Positions 1 to 9,286 of a stretch of 64,000 bases of DNA are shown one piece after another. The position numbers were made by a program, and so were the translations under genes. Within the stretch, counting starts at the first letter, position 1; every line of letters begins with the position of its first letter. The notes beneath the pieces were generated by a model, which was not told where the DNA came from, did no database searches, and saw only the letters and a program-made list of their open reading frames with translations. This stretch comes from an uncultured Ruminococcus sp. (lineage in GTDB: Bacteria; Bacillota; Clostridia; Oscillospirales; Ruminococcaceae): assembly GCA_944386525.1 (NCBI GenBank), contig CALXBL010000001.1, positions 16,724 through 80,723 of the forward strand. Reading direction: 5' to 3'.

Positions 1-501
1 CAGCCAGAATAGCTTTATTATCTCGCTGCGCATAAGCATATCAAGCCTTGGAGTATCTCCCTTTGCACAGGCAAAGATATTCTCCATGATCACTTCAAAC
101 TCTGAATAGTAGTGGTGCTCTGGCGTTATATGCACCTTTACACGCATACTGCCATTTATCAGTGGCTTTATGCATTCATTGAAATATCTGTCAGTCTCAG
201 TTCCACTGAAAACGTCCTGACTGAAAACAAGGGTATCATACACCTGCCGCTGTCCAGCACAGGAATATATTGAATGCATAACGTTTGGCTGAGTTATGAT
301 AATGTCACCGGCTGTAGATGTGAATTTCTCATCGCCGCAGATAAACTCAGCCGAGCCTTCCCGGATGTAGTTTATCTCAAACTCGCTGTGCCAGTGCATG
401 GGCACATAATCAAAGTACTCCCATATTATACACTTATAGTAGCTGAACGGCTTTATATGAGAGCTGTGTGTACGGTTTTCACGGGAACTTATCGAATTCA
501 T
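1..501 (-). CDS. AraC/XylS-family regulator, N-terminal cupin-type sensor domain (partial; the HTH part lies beyond the window edge)
   Basis: Absent from the ORF track because it runs off the window. The reverse-strand ATG is at 499-501, preceded by a GGAGGAG RBS (507-513). The translation MNSISSRENRTHSSHIKPFSYYKCIIWEYFDYVPMHWHSEFEINYIREGSAEF... has the HWHxxxEI cupin signature typical of AraC effector domains. The gene is divergent from a glycoside hydrolase gene. Confidence 0.7.
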   Translation of the reverse strand, partial: MNSISSRENRTHSSHIKPFSYYKCIIWEYFDYVPMHWHSEFEINYIREGSAEFICGDEKFTSTAGDIIITQPNVMHSIYSCAGQRQVYDTLVFSQDVFSGTETDRYFNECIKPLINGSMRVKVHITPEHHYYSEFEVIMENIFACAKGDTPRLDMLMRSEIIKLFWL

Positions 502-628
502 GTTATCTCCTCCAGAAAATAGAATAGTATCAGTATATAGTAGAATAGCAATAGATTTAAGCGTGAATTTATAGTATTATATCATACAGAAGAATTAATT
601 TCAACCAGTTTTGAAAGGAAGTGCTGTT

Positions 629-2612
629 ATGATAAAAAAATATGTTTTCGGATGTCCCTTCCCTACCGATGCTGTTACCATGGACATTGAAAAAACTGAA
701 GGTAAGCTTCCCTATTTTGAAATCGACAAAAAGGGCGGATTTAACTTCACTCTTGCTGATGAGGACATCGTTTACGGTCTGGGAGAACAGATCCGTGGTA
801 TCAACAAGAGAGGCTGGCAGTATGTAAGCTGGAACTACGACAACCCCAATCATCAGGAGGATACACATTCACTCTACAGCTCTCACAATTTCATAATGAT
901 CTGCGGCAAAGAGATGTTCGGTGCATTTTTTGACTACGCCGGTAAGATGACATTCGACATAGGCTATACAAAATCAAATATCATGCATATAAACGCTGCA
1001 AAAAAATGACCTTATAGTCTACATAATCACCGGCGAAAATGAAAAGGACATTGTAAAGCAATTCAGACAGATGATAGGCAAAAGCTATATCCCTCCGCTA
1101 TGGGCATTTGGCTACGGTCAGAGCCGCTGGGGATATAAGTCCGAAGAAGATATTCGCACAGTAGCTGAAAAGCATAAGACTGCCGGCATACCAATCGACA
1201 GCATATACCTCGATATTGACTACATGGAGCGCTACAAGGATTTCACTGTTGACAAGGAACGCTTCCCGGATCTTAAAAAGCTAACAGAAGATATGAAGGC
1301 ACAGGGTATACATCTTGTACCGATAATCGACGCCGGTGTTAAGATCGAGGATGGCTATGACGTTTATGAAGAAGGCGTAAATAAAAACTTCTTCTGCAAA
1401 AATGCCGAGAACGAAGACTTTGTAGGTGCAGTATGGCCAGGCAAGGTGCACTTCCCGGATTTCATAAATCCCGAGGCAAGAAAGTGGTTTGGTCATAAGT
1501 ATGCAGTTCTTACCGAACTTGGTATTGATGGCTTCTGGAACGATATGAACGAGCCTGCTATTTTCTACACTGAGGACAGACTTGCTGATACCTGTGCAGC
1601 TATTGAAAAACTCACCTCAGGAAACATGGGAATAAATGAGTACTTCACATTCACAGGAATGGTCGCAGGCTTAAACGGAAACATCGGAGACTACGATAAA
1701 TTCTACCACTCCGTGGATGGTAAGATGATAAAGCACAGTGAGATACATAATCTATACGGCATGAACATGACTCGCTCTGCCTTTGAGGCATTACAGGAAA
1801 TATCTCCTGAAAAACGTACTTTGTTCTTCTCACGTGCCTCCTATATCGGAGCTCACCGCTATGGCGGCATATGGCAGGGTGATAATAAGTCATGGTGGTC
1901 ACATTTACTTCAGTCCATGCAGCAGCTTCCGGCTCTCAATATGGCAGGCTTCCTCTTTGTAGGCTCTGATACAGGCGGATTTGGTGCAGACACCACTGAA
2001 GATCTCATGCTTCGTTGGCTCCAGTATTCAATTTTCACTCCCCTGTTCCGCAATCATTCTGCCAACGGCACCCGCTGCCAGGAACTCTATCTCTTTGACA
2101 AGGTTGACACTGCTGCTGAACTTATCAGAATACGCTACAGCCTTATCCCCTATCTCTACAGCGAATTCCTTAAGGCTGCACATAATGATGATATGATGTT
2201 CAAGCCTCTTGCTTTCGACTTCCCCGAGGATAACATGGCAAAGCAGGTAGATGATCAGCTGCTTATTGGTAATGAGATCATGATCACTCCCGTATATAAG
2301 CAGAATACTCTCGGCAGATATGTATATCTCCCTGAGGAGATGATGCTCGTAAGAATGAAGACAAGCAGTAGCTTCACAACATCTATTCTCCCCAAGGGTC
2401 ACCACTATGTTGATATCGCACTTGATGAACTTGTTTTCTTTATACGCAGCGGCAAAGCTATACCGTTTGCAAAAACAGCCGATAATACAGAAATGCTTGA
2501 TACAAGCGCTCTGGAGTCAATCGGTTATGAGGATAGCTCATATGAGCTTTATTCAGATGACGGATATTCATCTGATGTAACCGGCTGCCTAAATATTTCA
2601 ACTATAGAATAA
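629..2612 (+). pseudogene. GH31-family alpha-glucosidase/alpha-xylosidase-type hydrolase, split by a +1 frameshift in an A7 run (1000-1006)
   Basis: The ATG at 629 follows a GAAAGGAAG RBS. The N-terminal ORF ends at TGA 1007-1009. The downstream frame is open from 993 and reads ...DLIVYIITGENEKDIVKQFRQMIGKSYIPPLWAFGYGQSRWGY. The GH31 catalytic signature GIDGFWNDMNEPA is present. Removing one A gives a continuous HINAAKNDLIVYIITG junction. Confidence 0.8.
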
Positions 2613-2666
2613 CATTCCAACCAAGTTGTGCGCTTCTGCGTATAGCGTAGACTTATATAACGCATA

Positions 2667-2699
2667 AAATGAGCAGCCGTTTTTTGCAGCTGCTCATTT
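2667..2699. terminator. Bidirectional intrinsic terminator between convergent genes
   Basis: Stem AAATGAGCAGC (2667-2677) pairs with GCTGCTCATTT (2689-2699) and has A/T-rich flanks. It lies between the stop codons at 2612 (+) and 2715 (-). Confidence 0.6.
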
Positions 2700-2714
2700 C
2701 GTATATCCGTCTGA

Positions 2715-3953
2715 TCAGTCAAGATAAGTCACATAATCGGAATTATAGAATTCCCAGCTATTCGCCGGAACAAGTCCTTCTCCATAATCTACCTGATTAT
2801 TCTTGACTGAAAAATCGCTGTACCAGCCATCTACGACATACATACGCCGCTTTGTATCAACGGCACCATATGGCTGATCCATGTAAAGGGTGTTGTCGGT
2901 GAATGTACAGTGATATCCCCAACCATCAACTTGTTCATGAAGTTCAAATGCTGCAACTATATTGGCATTTCCGTTTCTGTATCCCACATTGTCGTGAACA
3001 TTTACATCATTGCCTGCAATATCAATAAAGCTGCTTGCATAATTTTCACCTGTCATTCCATCGCCATAGAAGGTACAGTTCATGATCTCAGTTCCGGTAG
3101 TATATTCCTTTACATCAACGTGTTCTGCCGCAACATTCTTAAATGTGCATCCGTCGACTGTGTTATAGTCACACTTGTAATCATAACCTGTTACAGATAC
3201 TGCACTGCCTATATACACGCCCTCGCCGTATCCGGGCGTCATTGTTCCTATATCGTGGATATAAGAGTCCTTTACTGTACAGTAGGAACTGCCGTCACGC
3301 AGTGCGATAGCCTCTGAACCAATATTATACACCTCACAATTGCGTATGACAGAGTGATTTGAATTGTCAAGCACAATCCCCTTTTGTGATGTTGTAATAC
3401 AAAGGTTCTCCAATATCCAGTAGTCACCCTTTATCTGGATAACATATCCATTGTCGCAGCTTGAACCTGTAATAACAGGCGGATCTTCCGGATCTGCTGC
3501 TGTAAGAGTTATAGGGGCTTCTGCTGTTCCTGCGGCAGACGTATCTATTTTCTGGGCGCCCTGATAAACAGTATAGTCATACGTTCCGCTTGCAACTCGT
3601 ATGACATCTCCCGGCTGGGCATTGCGCATTGCTAAAAAAAGTTCCTCTATATTTGAAACGTCCACATAATTCTTATTTTCTTCCGATATATCAGAACTCT
3701 TGACAATACTCTTTTTCATAATATTCAAATCAAATATATTAAGCTTGCCGTCGGCATTAAGATCGCCTGCGGTTGGTTCAGCCGTATCTCCACTGCATAC
3801 AAGATACTTCTGGAACGAGATTATATCTGCAATAGTAAATGAGTTATCATCATTAACATTGCCGTTTCCAACCTCAGCCGCATCAATTGGAACAGAATTC
3901 ATAAACAGCATTGATATAGCAATGATCCATGACAAAGTCTTATTGAGTCTCAT
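2715..3953 (-). CDS. Secreted dockerin-containing right-handed parallel beta-helix protein (pectin-lyase-fold polysaccharide-degrading enzyme candidate)
   Basis: It has a signal peptide (MRLNKTLSWIIAISMLFMNSVPIDA). An N-terminal type I dockerin follows (GNVNDDNSFTIADIISFQKYL...GDLNADGKLNIFDLNIMKKSIV). The rest carries repeated beta-helix turns (VIRNCEVYNIGSEAIAL, VKDSYIHDIG, VDGCTFKNV, IMNCTFYGDG, VHDNVGY). Confidence 0.7.
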   Translation of the reverse strand: MRLNKTLSWIIAISMLFMNSVPIDAAEVGNGNVNDDNSFTIADIISFQKYLVCSGDTAEPTAGDLNADGKLNIFDLNIMKKSIVKSSDISEENKNYVDVSNIEELFLAMRNAQPGDVIRVASGTYDYTVYQGAQKIDTSAAGTAEAPITLTAADPEDPPVITGSSCDNGYVIQIKGDYWILENLCITTSQKGIVLDNSNHSVIRNCEVYNIGSEAIALRDGSSYCTVKDSYIHDIGTMTPGYGEGVYIGSAVSVTGYDYKCDYNTVDGCTFKNVAAEHVDVKEYTTGTEIMNCTFYGDGMTGENYASSFIDIAGNDVNVHDNVGYRNGNANIVAAFELHEQVDGWGYHCTFTDNTLYMDQPYGAVDTKRRMYVVDGWYSDFSVKNNQVDYGEGLVPANSWEFYNSDYVTYLD

Positions 3954-4123
3954 AAAAAATCCCCTTTTTCATATAAATCATTACTATTATTGTACCACAG
4001 TTTCCTCCACACGTCAAGGCGATGTGAATACTTTTGTCAACCAAAAGAAATATTTAATATGCTAAACGCTCGCACTTATTATATCTTATATAATAAATAA
4101 TAAAAATCTTACGAAATATCCGA

Positions 4124-4152
4124 TTGACTTACATATATTAAAATGATATAAT
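4124..4152 (+). promoter_or_regulatory. Sigma-A type promoter for the MATE gene
   Basis: TTGACT (4124-4129), a 17-nt spacer, then TGaTATAAT (TATAAT at 4147-4152), about 35 nt upstream of the start codon. Confidence 0.6.
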
Positions 4153-4188
4153 GTAACAGCTGAATAAATTATATGGGGAAGTGCAAAT

Positions 4189-5532
4189 ATGACGTACACC
4201 ACAGATATGACAAAAGGCAGCGAAATTGGACATATACTTAAATTCGCACTGCCTATGCTGGCCGGCAATCTGTTCCAGCAGCTTTATAACATTGTAGACT
4301 CTGTAGTTGTAGGACGACACCTTGGATATCAGGCTCTTGCCGCCGTTGGAGCTACAGGCTCTATAACCTACTTGTTCTATACGCTCTGCATCGGACTATC
4401 GGCAGCAGCAGGTATTCTCATCTCACAGAGCTTCGGCGCAAGACAATATGACGCCGTTAAGAGGTATATTTCCAATTCCGCCTATGTAATTGGTTTATTT
4501 GGAATTTTGCTGAGTATTATCTCTGTAGCGGCAACTCCATTTCTGCTCAGACTTATGAATACTCCTGAATCAGTGTTCGACAACGCCGTTGGTTATATGC
4601 GTATATCATGCGGCGGTACTATTGCAGTTGCTGCCTATAACTGGATAAGCTCAATAATGCGTTCTCTGGGCGATGCTAAGACGCCCCTGCTTTTTTTGAT
4701 ATTTGCAAGCATTGTAAATGTTGTTCTTGACATACTGTTTGTAGTTGGACTTGATATGGGTGTAAACGGAGCTGCATGGGCAACTGTTGCATCACAGATA
4801 CTCTCAGCAGCCGGAAGTATTGTCTTTGCATTTCGGAAAAATCCGATGTTCAAGCTAACAAGAAAAACTGCTGTATTTAATAAGCAAGCCTCGTTTCTAT
4901 GTGTAAAGATGGGCGTACCGCTTGCATTGCAAAACGCCCTCGTATCGGTATCTATGATATATCTCCAGAGAACAGCAAATAGTTTCGGTGATACCATTAT
5001 GGCTGCATATACTGCCACAATGAGAGTAGAACAGCTCATCCAACAGCCATTCTCATCTTTAAGCACAGCTGTATCTTCATTCACAGGACAAAATATCGGC
5101 GCCCAAAAAAAAGAACGTATCAGAATATGCTACAATAAAAGTATGAAAGTCTCGGCTATATTTTCTGCAATAATGCTTGTTGTATTTCTGCTGCTAAGTC
5201 CATATATTATGACCATATTCGTCAAGGATGCTGAAGTAATAGCGATCGGCGCATTTGCTCTTAAAGTATCTGCTTGCTTTTATGTATTTCTGGGTACTAT
5301 TCACGTAACAAGAGGTCTGCTGAATGGTGCAGGTGATGTGAAATTTGCTTTTATGAATGGTGTTACTGAGGTCGTTGGACGCATCGGCTTTGCATCGATC
5401 CTTGTTCATATTCCAGCTGTCGAATATATGGCAGTATGGGGAACTACATGTCTTACATGGGTATTAACTGCGATTATGAGCGTTATCCGTTATAAAAACG
5501 GTAAGTGGAAAGATAAGTTCACTCATTTGTAA
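4189..5532 (+). CDS. MATE-family multidrug/oligosaccharidyl-lipid efflux transporter
   Basis: 447 aa with 12 predicted TM segments. The N-terminus (ILKFALPMLAGNLFQQLYNIVDSVVVGRHLG) and the repeat in the second half (LCVKMGVPLALQNALVSVS) are typical of MATE/NorM-like proteins. Confidence 0.85.
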   Translation: MTYTTDMTKGSEIGHILKFALPMLAGNLFQQLYNIVDSVVVGRHLGYQALAAVGATGSITYLFYTLCIGLSAAAGILISQSFGARQYDAVKRYISNSAYVIGLFGILLSIISVAATPFLLRLMNTPESVFDNAVGYMRISCGGTIAVAAYNWISSIMRSLGDAKTPLLFLIFASIVNVVLDILFVVGLDMGVNGAAWATVASQILSAAGSIVFAFRKNPMFKLTRKTAVFNKQASFLCVKMGVPLALQNALVSVSMIYLQRTANSFGDTIMAAYTATMRVEQLIQQPFSSLSTAVSSFTGQNIGAQKKERIRICYNKSMKVSAIFSAIMLVVFLLLSPYIMTIFVKDAEVIAIGAFALKVSACFYVFLGTIHVTRGLLNGAGDVKFAFMNGVTEVVGRIGFASILVHIPAVEYMAVWGTTCLTWVLTAIMSVIRYKNGKWKDKFTHL

Positions 5533-5640
5533 TTACACGATATTTAAGACAACTACGATAAAAATCAACCTTCCGGCTTTACACGCCATCTGCCTGAGCT
5601 TTTTCCGAAACACATCAACAATTCATGCTCTGACTTAACA

Positions 5641-5674
5641 AAACAAGCAGCCACAGAAATGTGGCTGCTTGTTT
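5641..5674. terminator. Bidirectional intrinsic terminator
   Basis: Perfect 14-bp stem, AAACAAGCAGCCAC / GTGGCTGCTTGTTT, with loop AGAAAT, between convergent genes (stops at 5532 and 5726). Confidence 0.75.
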
Positions 5675-5725
5675 GTAAATTCCATTCCTAAATTTGCTCC
5701 CCACTGTTGTGGCGGCGTGGCTTGT

Positions 5726-6670
5726 CTAATTATCCAAATAAACTTCCACGATAAACTTAGGTCTGTGTTTTGTTTCAAGGTACACCTTGCCTATATACTC
5801 ACCGATAATACCAATGGCCAGCAGTTGAAGTCCTCCTATAGCCCATATTGATACTACCGTGGAAGTCCAGCCAACTGTTGCTTCTCCAGCTGCATATCGT
5901 ATAACTGAATATATCAGCATTATTATGCTTATCAGGAATATAATACTTCCCAGAGTCATGATCATACGTATAGGCTTTATGGAGAGTGATGTAAGTCCCT
6001 CCCATGCAAAGGCGAGCATCTTCTTCAAAGGATACTTCGACTCTCCTGCAAAGCGTTCCTTTCGTGAATAATATACCTTATCACTCTTATAACCTATCAT
6101 AGGCACTATTCCACGCAGGAACAGATTCACTTCCTCAAAGCTTTCCAGACCGTCGAGAGCTCTTTTGCTCATAAGACGGTAATCCGCATGGTTGTAAACA
6201 ATGTCCGCTCCAAGGAACTTCAGAATTTTATAATAGCTTTCAGCAGTCTTTCTCTTGAAAGCTGTGTCTGTATCTCTTGCATTTCTCACGCCGTATACTA
6301 TATCACAGCCTTCATAATACTTCTTAATCATTTCATCTATTGCATCTATATCGTCCTGCAGGTCGGCATCGAGAGAAATTGTCATATCGCATCTGTCCTT
6401 CACTGTCATAAGTCCCGCAAGAAGCGCATTCTGATGTCCCTTGTTGCGTGAGAGTTTCACGCCCTGAAAAATGTTATCCTCCTTGTGAAGTCTCTCTATG
6501 ATCTCCCATGTATTATCCTTTGAACCATCATTTACAAATACAATCCGGCTTTGACTGCTAATCATGCCTTTTTCTATAAGCGTCAGCATTTTAGTGCGAA
6601 GCTGCTTCGATGTTTCCGGTAATACCTCCTCCTCGTTGTAGCAAGGTATAACTAAATATAGTGTATCCAT
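5726..6670 (-). CDS. GT2 polyprenyl-phosphate glycosyltransferase (GtrB/CsbB/DPM1-like) with two C-terminal TM helices
   Basis: YLVIPCYNEEEVLPET, VNDGSKDNT and LDADLQDD (DXD) motifs, plus two C-terminal hydrophobic helices as in GtrB/ArnC-type enzymes. Confidence 0.8.
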   Translation of the reverse strand: MDTLYLVIPCYNEEEVLPETSKQLRTKMLTLIEKGMISSQSRIVFVNDGSKDNTWEIIERLHKEDNIFQGVKLSRNKGHQNALLAGLMTVKDRCDMTISLDADLQDDIDAIDEMIKKYYEGCDIVYGVRNARDTDTAFKRKTAESYYKILKFLGADIVYNHADYRLMSKRALDGLESFEEVNLFLRGIVPMIGYKSDKVYYSRKERFAGESKYPLKKMLAFAWEGLTSLSIKPIRMIMTLGSIIFLISIIMLIYSVIRYAAGEATVGWTSTVVSIWAIGGLQLLAIGIIGEYIGKVYLETKHRPKFIVEVYLDN

Positions 6671-6679
6671 AAAGGCACC

Positions 6680-8935
6680 TCAATTCCAGAATCCTATGAT
6701 ATTCTGCATAGCCCGACAGATCTCAGGGTAATCATTCTCGTAAAATGCAAACGGTATTATCTGAACAACATTTACCACTACCGAAGCCATAACAGATATT
6801 CCCATAAATACTCTAAAAAATTTCTTTTTTGTTTCATTTTTACTTTTTCTGTAGAGCCAGAAAAGTATCAGAAGTGCACCGATAACTATTTCCCATGAAA
6901 AGTCGGCTGTATATCTTATAGCATAGCCGCTTTCCCACACGGAACATATTATCACAAACGGCATAACAACACATGGCAGTCCTATCATTGCAGAATAACT
7001 AAGCTTCGTCCTGCGATCAGGCAGATACCTGAGTGCACGTCCGCTGAGAAGGTAACCAAATGTGGGCAGCGCAAGAAACAGTATACCCGAGGTATTTCCT
7101 GCATCTGCAAAGTAATAGCCGTTTGCATTCAGACGTCCAAAAGGTGTCTTAATATAAGGATATTCAACAGAAAAGTTCGGAACGGCAAATATAAAATTGT
7201 ATATCACAATGAGCATGAATATCAGATGGAATTGTGAATTTATAAAGTCATTGATAGTGAGTGAATACTTGATTCCGAAATCGAACGGAGAACCAAACCG
7301 GGCAGCATTATACCACATCTGGAAACCGCCCAGAGCACAGATAGGTACTGCTGCACAGAATATGTATGCAAGCTTTTCCTTAAGGCTGTCGAAAGATTTA
7401 TTCAGGGACATGATAAGGAATACCACTGCACAGATCGCATATACCGCAAGAGTAGGTCTTGACAAAACAGCCAGTCCCAAAAACAGCGAGCAAAGCGCTG
7501 TTCGCAGGAGAGATATTTTTCCTTTTGAAAGAATGTTTGCAGTAATAAGGAAATATGCTCCTGCTGTAAGATACATAAAGCCTGAGGAAATAGCTATTTC
7601 ATAAAAACTCGTTCTTCCAACGCTGTACCATATTCCGCATATACTCAGGAGTATAATGAAGCCTCCAATAATACAGCCAGACGGCACTCCTCTAAGCCAT
7701 CGCTTTACTATGGCAATATACGTGAGTCCTAAGAATATCAGTCCTATGCAGGAGAATATCCACACAGCCATATCACTTGCAAAGTAATTTCCTGTAAGCT
7801 TGTGATACGGCAGGAAGAATGTCAACACAGGTGCAATGCCATAGTAGGAATAGTAGTTGCCGTCATAGTATACATGATCCCACTCATAGCTTACACCTTC
7901 AAGATTTCTTGCACTCCAGTCGTATGGATTTTCCATGGCGATCAGTTCATCTGAAGGCTCTTTCAGAAGATTTACCTGACCGTTTTCAAATGCATCTACG
8001 AGCTCCTGAGTTATCTGGTCGCCTGCTTTAAGACTCCATCGTGAAGCAAAGCCTTCATCGGGAAGTTTTATCATAATAACAGATGTGGCAAGTACAACTG
8101 CCGCCGCAGTAAGACCGAGGAGACTTCTGATAGTGAAATTACCTGTCTGCCTGAAAGGCTTTTTCAAAAAGCCTGATACTGCTATACCGTAGCACAGTGT
8201 GACCATAAATGTAAGGAACCCAAAGCGTACTGCGGAAATATCAAATGGTATCACTGAATTCAGATGGATAGCTTTTATCGTAACCGAATCACCGTCATTA
8301 AAGCATGAGAATTTGAGCCTGAGCTGAGAAACATTTCCTGAGAACTGACAGGCGGTGTATTCTGAATATTCCGAATCTCTCACAATTACAGCCGATGCAA
8401 CATCTGTACGAGGTTCAATATGTGTTTCGTCAGCCATATCAACTTTAAGCTGAGCTCTCTTTGTATTGTCGCTGAACTCAATATCTGCCATAATAGTACC
8501 GACAGTCATGTCAAGATTCTTAAAATCAAGAGACACCTGTTCCTTGCCGGTTACGGTGACAGATCCGTTTTCGGTGTCAACAATATGTGTACCACCCGAT
8601 ACCTCTGAATCTGCCGGAAATATGATATCCTGTGTATAATCCCCCAAAACCATATTGTATGACGGCAGCTGGAACAGCGTAAGCTCCAGCACAGTGGCAG
8701 CAACCACCATTTTGCAGAAAAAACGAATAGTCCTGCTTTCCTTTTTTCTAAGTATAAAAGCTGATATTGTTATCAGCAGCGCAGCAACTCCTATAAGCGC
8801 AAAACTCCCCTGATATGCGCCCATTTTAATTAAACCAAGAGCATCAAGCAAGCCAAGTATTATCAGTACTAAGGCTGCTGCAAGCTTGATATGATTTTTA
8901 AGATCCTTTATTTTCCTTCCTTTTTCTTCTTTCAT
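6680..8935 (-). CDS. Large polytopic membrane protein, GT-C-fold glycosyltransferase candidate (ArnT/PMT/YfhO-like partner of the GtrB-like enzyme)
   Basis: 751 aa. An N-terminal TM pair is followed by a soluble insert of about 150 aa and then at least 10 TM segments. The gene sits 9 nt upstream of, and co-directional with, the GtrB-like gene, which is the standard two-step extracytoplasmic glycosylation arrangement. The family call is by architecture and context only. Confidence 0.45.
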   Translation of the reverse strand: MKEEKGRKIKDLKNHIKLAAALVLIILGLLDALGLIKMGAYQGSFALIGVAALLITISAFILRKKESRTIRFFCKMVVAATVLELTLFQLPSYNMVLGDYTQDIIFPADSEVSGGTHIVDTENGSVTVTGKEQVSLDFKNLDMTVGTIMADIEFSDNTKRAQLKVDMADETHIEPRTDVASAVIVRDSEYSEYTACQFSGNVSQLRLKFSCFNDGDSVTIKAIHLNSVIPFDISAVRFGFLTFMVTLCYGIAVSGFLKKPFRQTGNFTIRSLLGLTAAAVVLATSVIMIKLPDEGFASRWSLKAGDQITQELVDAFENGQVNLLKEPSDELIAMENPYDWSARNLEGVSYEWDHVYYDGNYYSYYGIAPVLTFFLPYHKLTGNYFASDMAVWIFSCIGLIFLGLTYIAIVKRWLRGVPSGCIIGGFIILLSICGIWYSVGRTSFYEIAISSGFMYLTAGAYFLITANILSKGKISLLRTALCSLFLGLAVLSRPTLAVYAICAVVFLIMSLNKSFDSLKEKLAYIFCAAVPICALGGFQMWYNAARFGSPFDFGIKYSLTINDFINSQFHLIFMLIVIYNFIFAVPNFSVEYPYIKTPFGRLNANGYYFADAGNTSGILFLALPTFGYLLSGRALRYLPDRRTKLSYSAMIGLPCVVMPFVIICSVWESGYAIRYTADFSWEIVIGALLILFWLYRKSKNETKKKFFRVFMGISVMASVVVNVVQIIPFAFYENDYPEICRAMQNIIGFWN

Positions 8936-8964
8936 AAAAACTTCCTTTCTTTTAATAATATTTA

Positions 8965-8993
8965 TGCCGCCTGCTTTATTGAATCAGGCGGCA
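8965..8993 (-). promoter_or_regulatory. GC-rich hairpin in the 5' leader just upstream of the GT-C gene RBS
   Basis: On the minus strand, TGCCGCCTG - 11-nt loop - CAGGCGGCA, followed by TAAATATTATTAAAAGAAAGGAAG and the ATG at 8935. The U-tail is weak, so this may be an attenuator or stability element rather than a clean terminator. Confidence 0.4.
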
Positions 8994-9175
8994 CATATAA
9001 GGGGGACGTTTGCCATTTCGATAGGAAATAGCATATGTAAGCACATTGTACTATTTATAGGTAATGTGTCTCACTTCTATTCTTTCAAAGATCAATTCAT
9101 AAAAAATTCCCTTGCATTCCTGAAATCATATATGTTTAGCTTACTTTTCTGAATACCAATATATGTTGATCACAG

Positions 9176-9238
9176 TCAGAATAGTTGCAGTAGTTTAGCC
9201 AAAAGTCCAAATCTTGTAAACCATTTTTGTATAAACAT
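9176..9238 (-). CDS. Candidate 20-aa small ORF (MFIQKWFTRFGLLAKLLQLF) at the 5' end of the glycosylation-operon leader
   Basis: The ATG at 9236-9238 follows GAAAGG with a 5-nt gap, immediately downstream of a consensus promoter. The peptide is amphipathic and cationic-hydrophobic. There is no homology evidence. Confidence 0.3.
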   Translation of the reverse strand: MFIQKWFTRFGLLAKLLQLF

Positions 9239-9257
9239 GAATACCTTTCTTAGTTTC

Positions 9258-9286
9258 ATTATATCACCTTCATTGTAGAATGTCAA
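9258..9286 (-). promoter_or_regulatory. Near-consensus sigma-A promoter directing minus-strand transcription toward 8935
   Basis: TTGACA (9286-9281), a 17-nt spacer, then TGaTATAAT (TATAAT at 9263-9258). This implies a leader of about 320 nt for the GT-C/GtrB operon. Confidence 0.65.

Noticed and set aside
274-522. 82-aa plus-strand ORF at the window start.
   Set aside because: It is antisense to the AraC-family gene (1-501, minus strand), whose translation has clear family motifs. It has no RBS.
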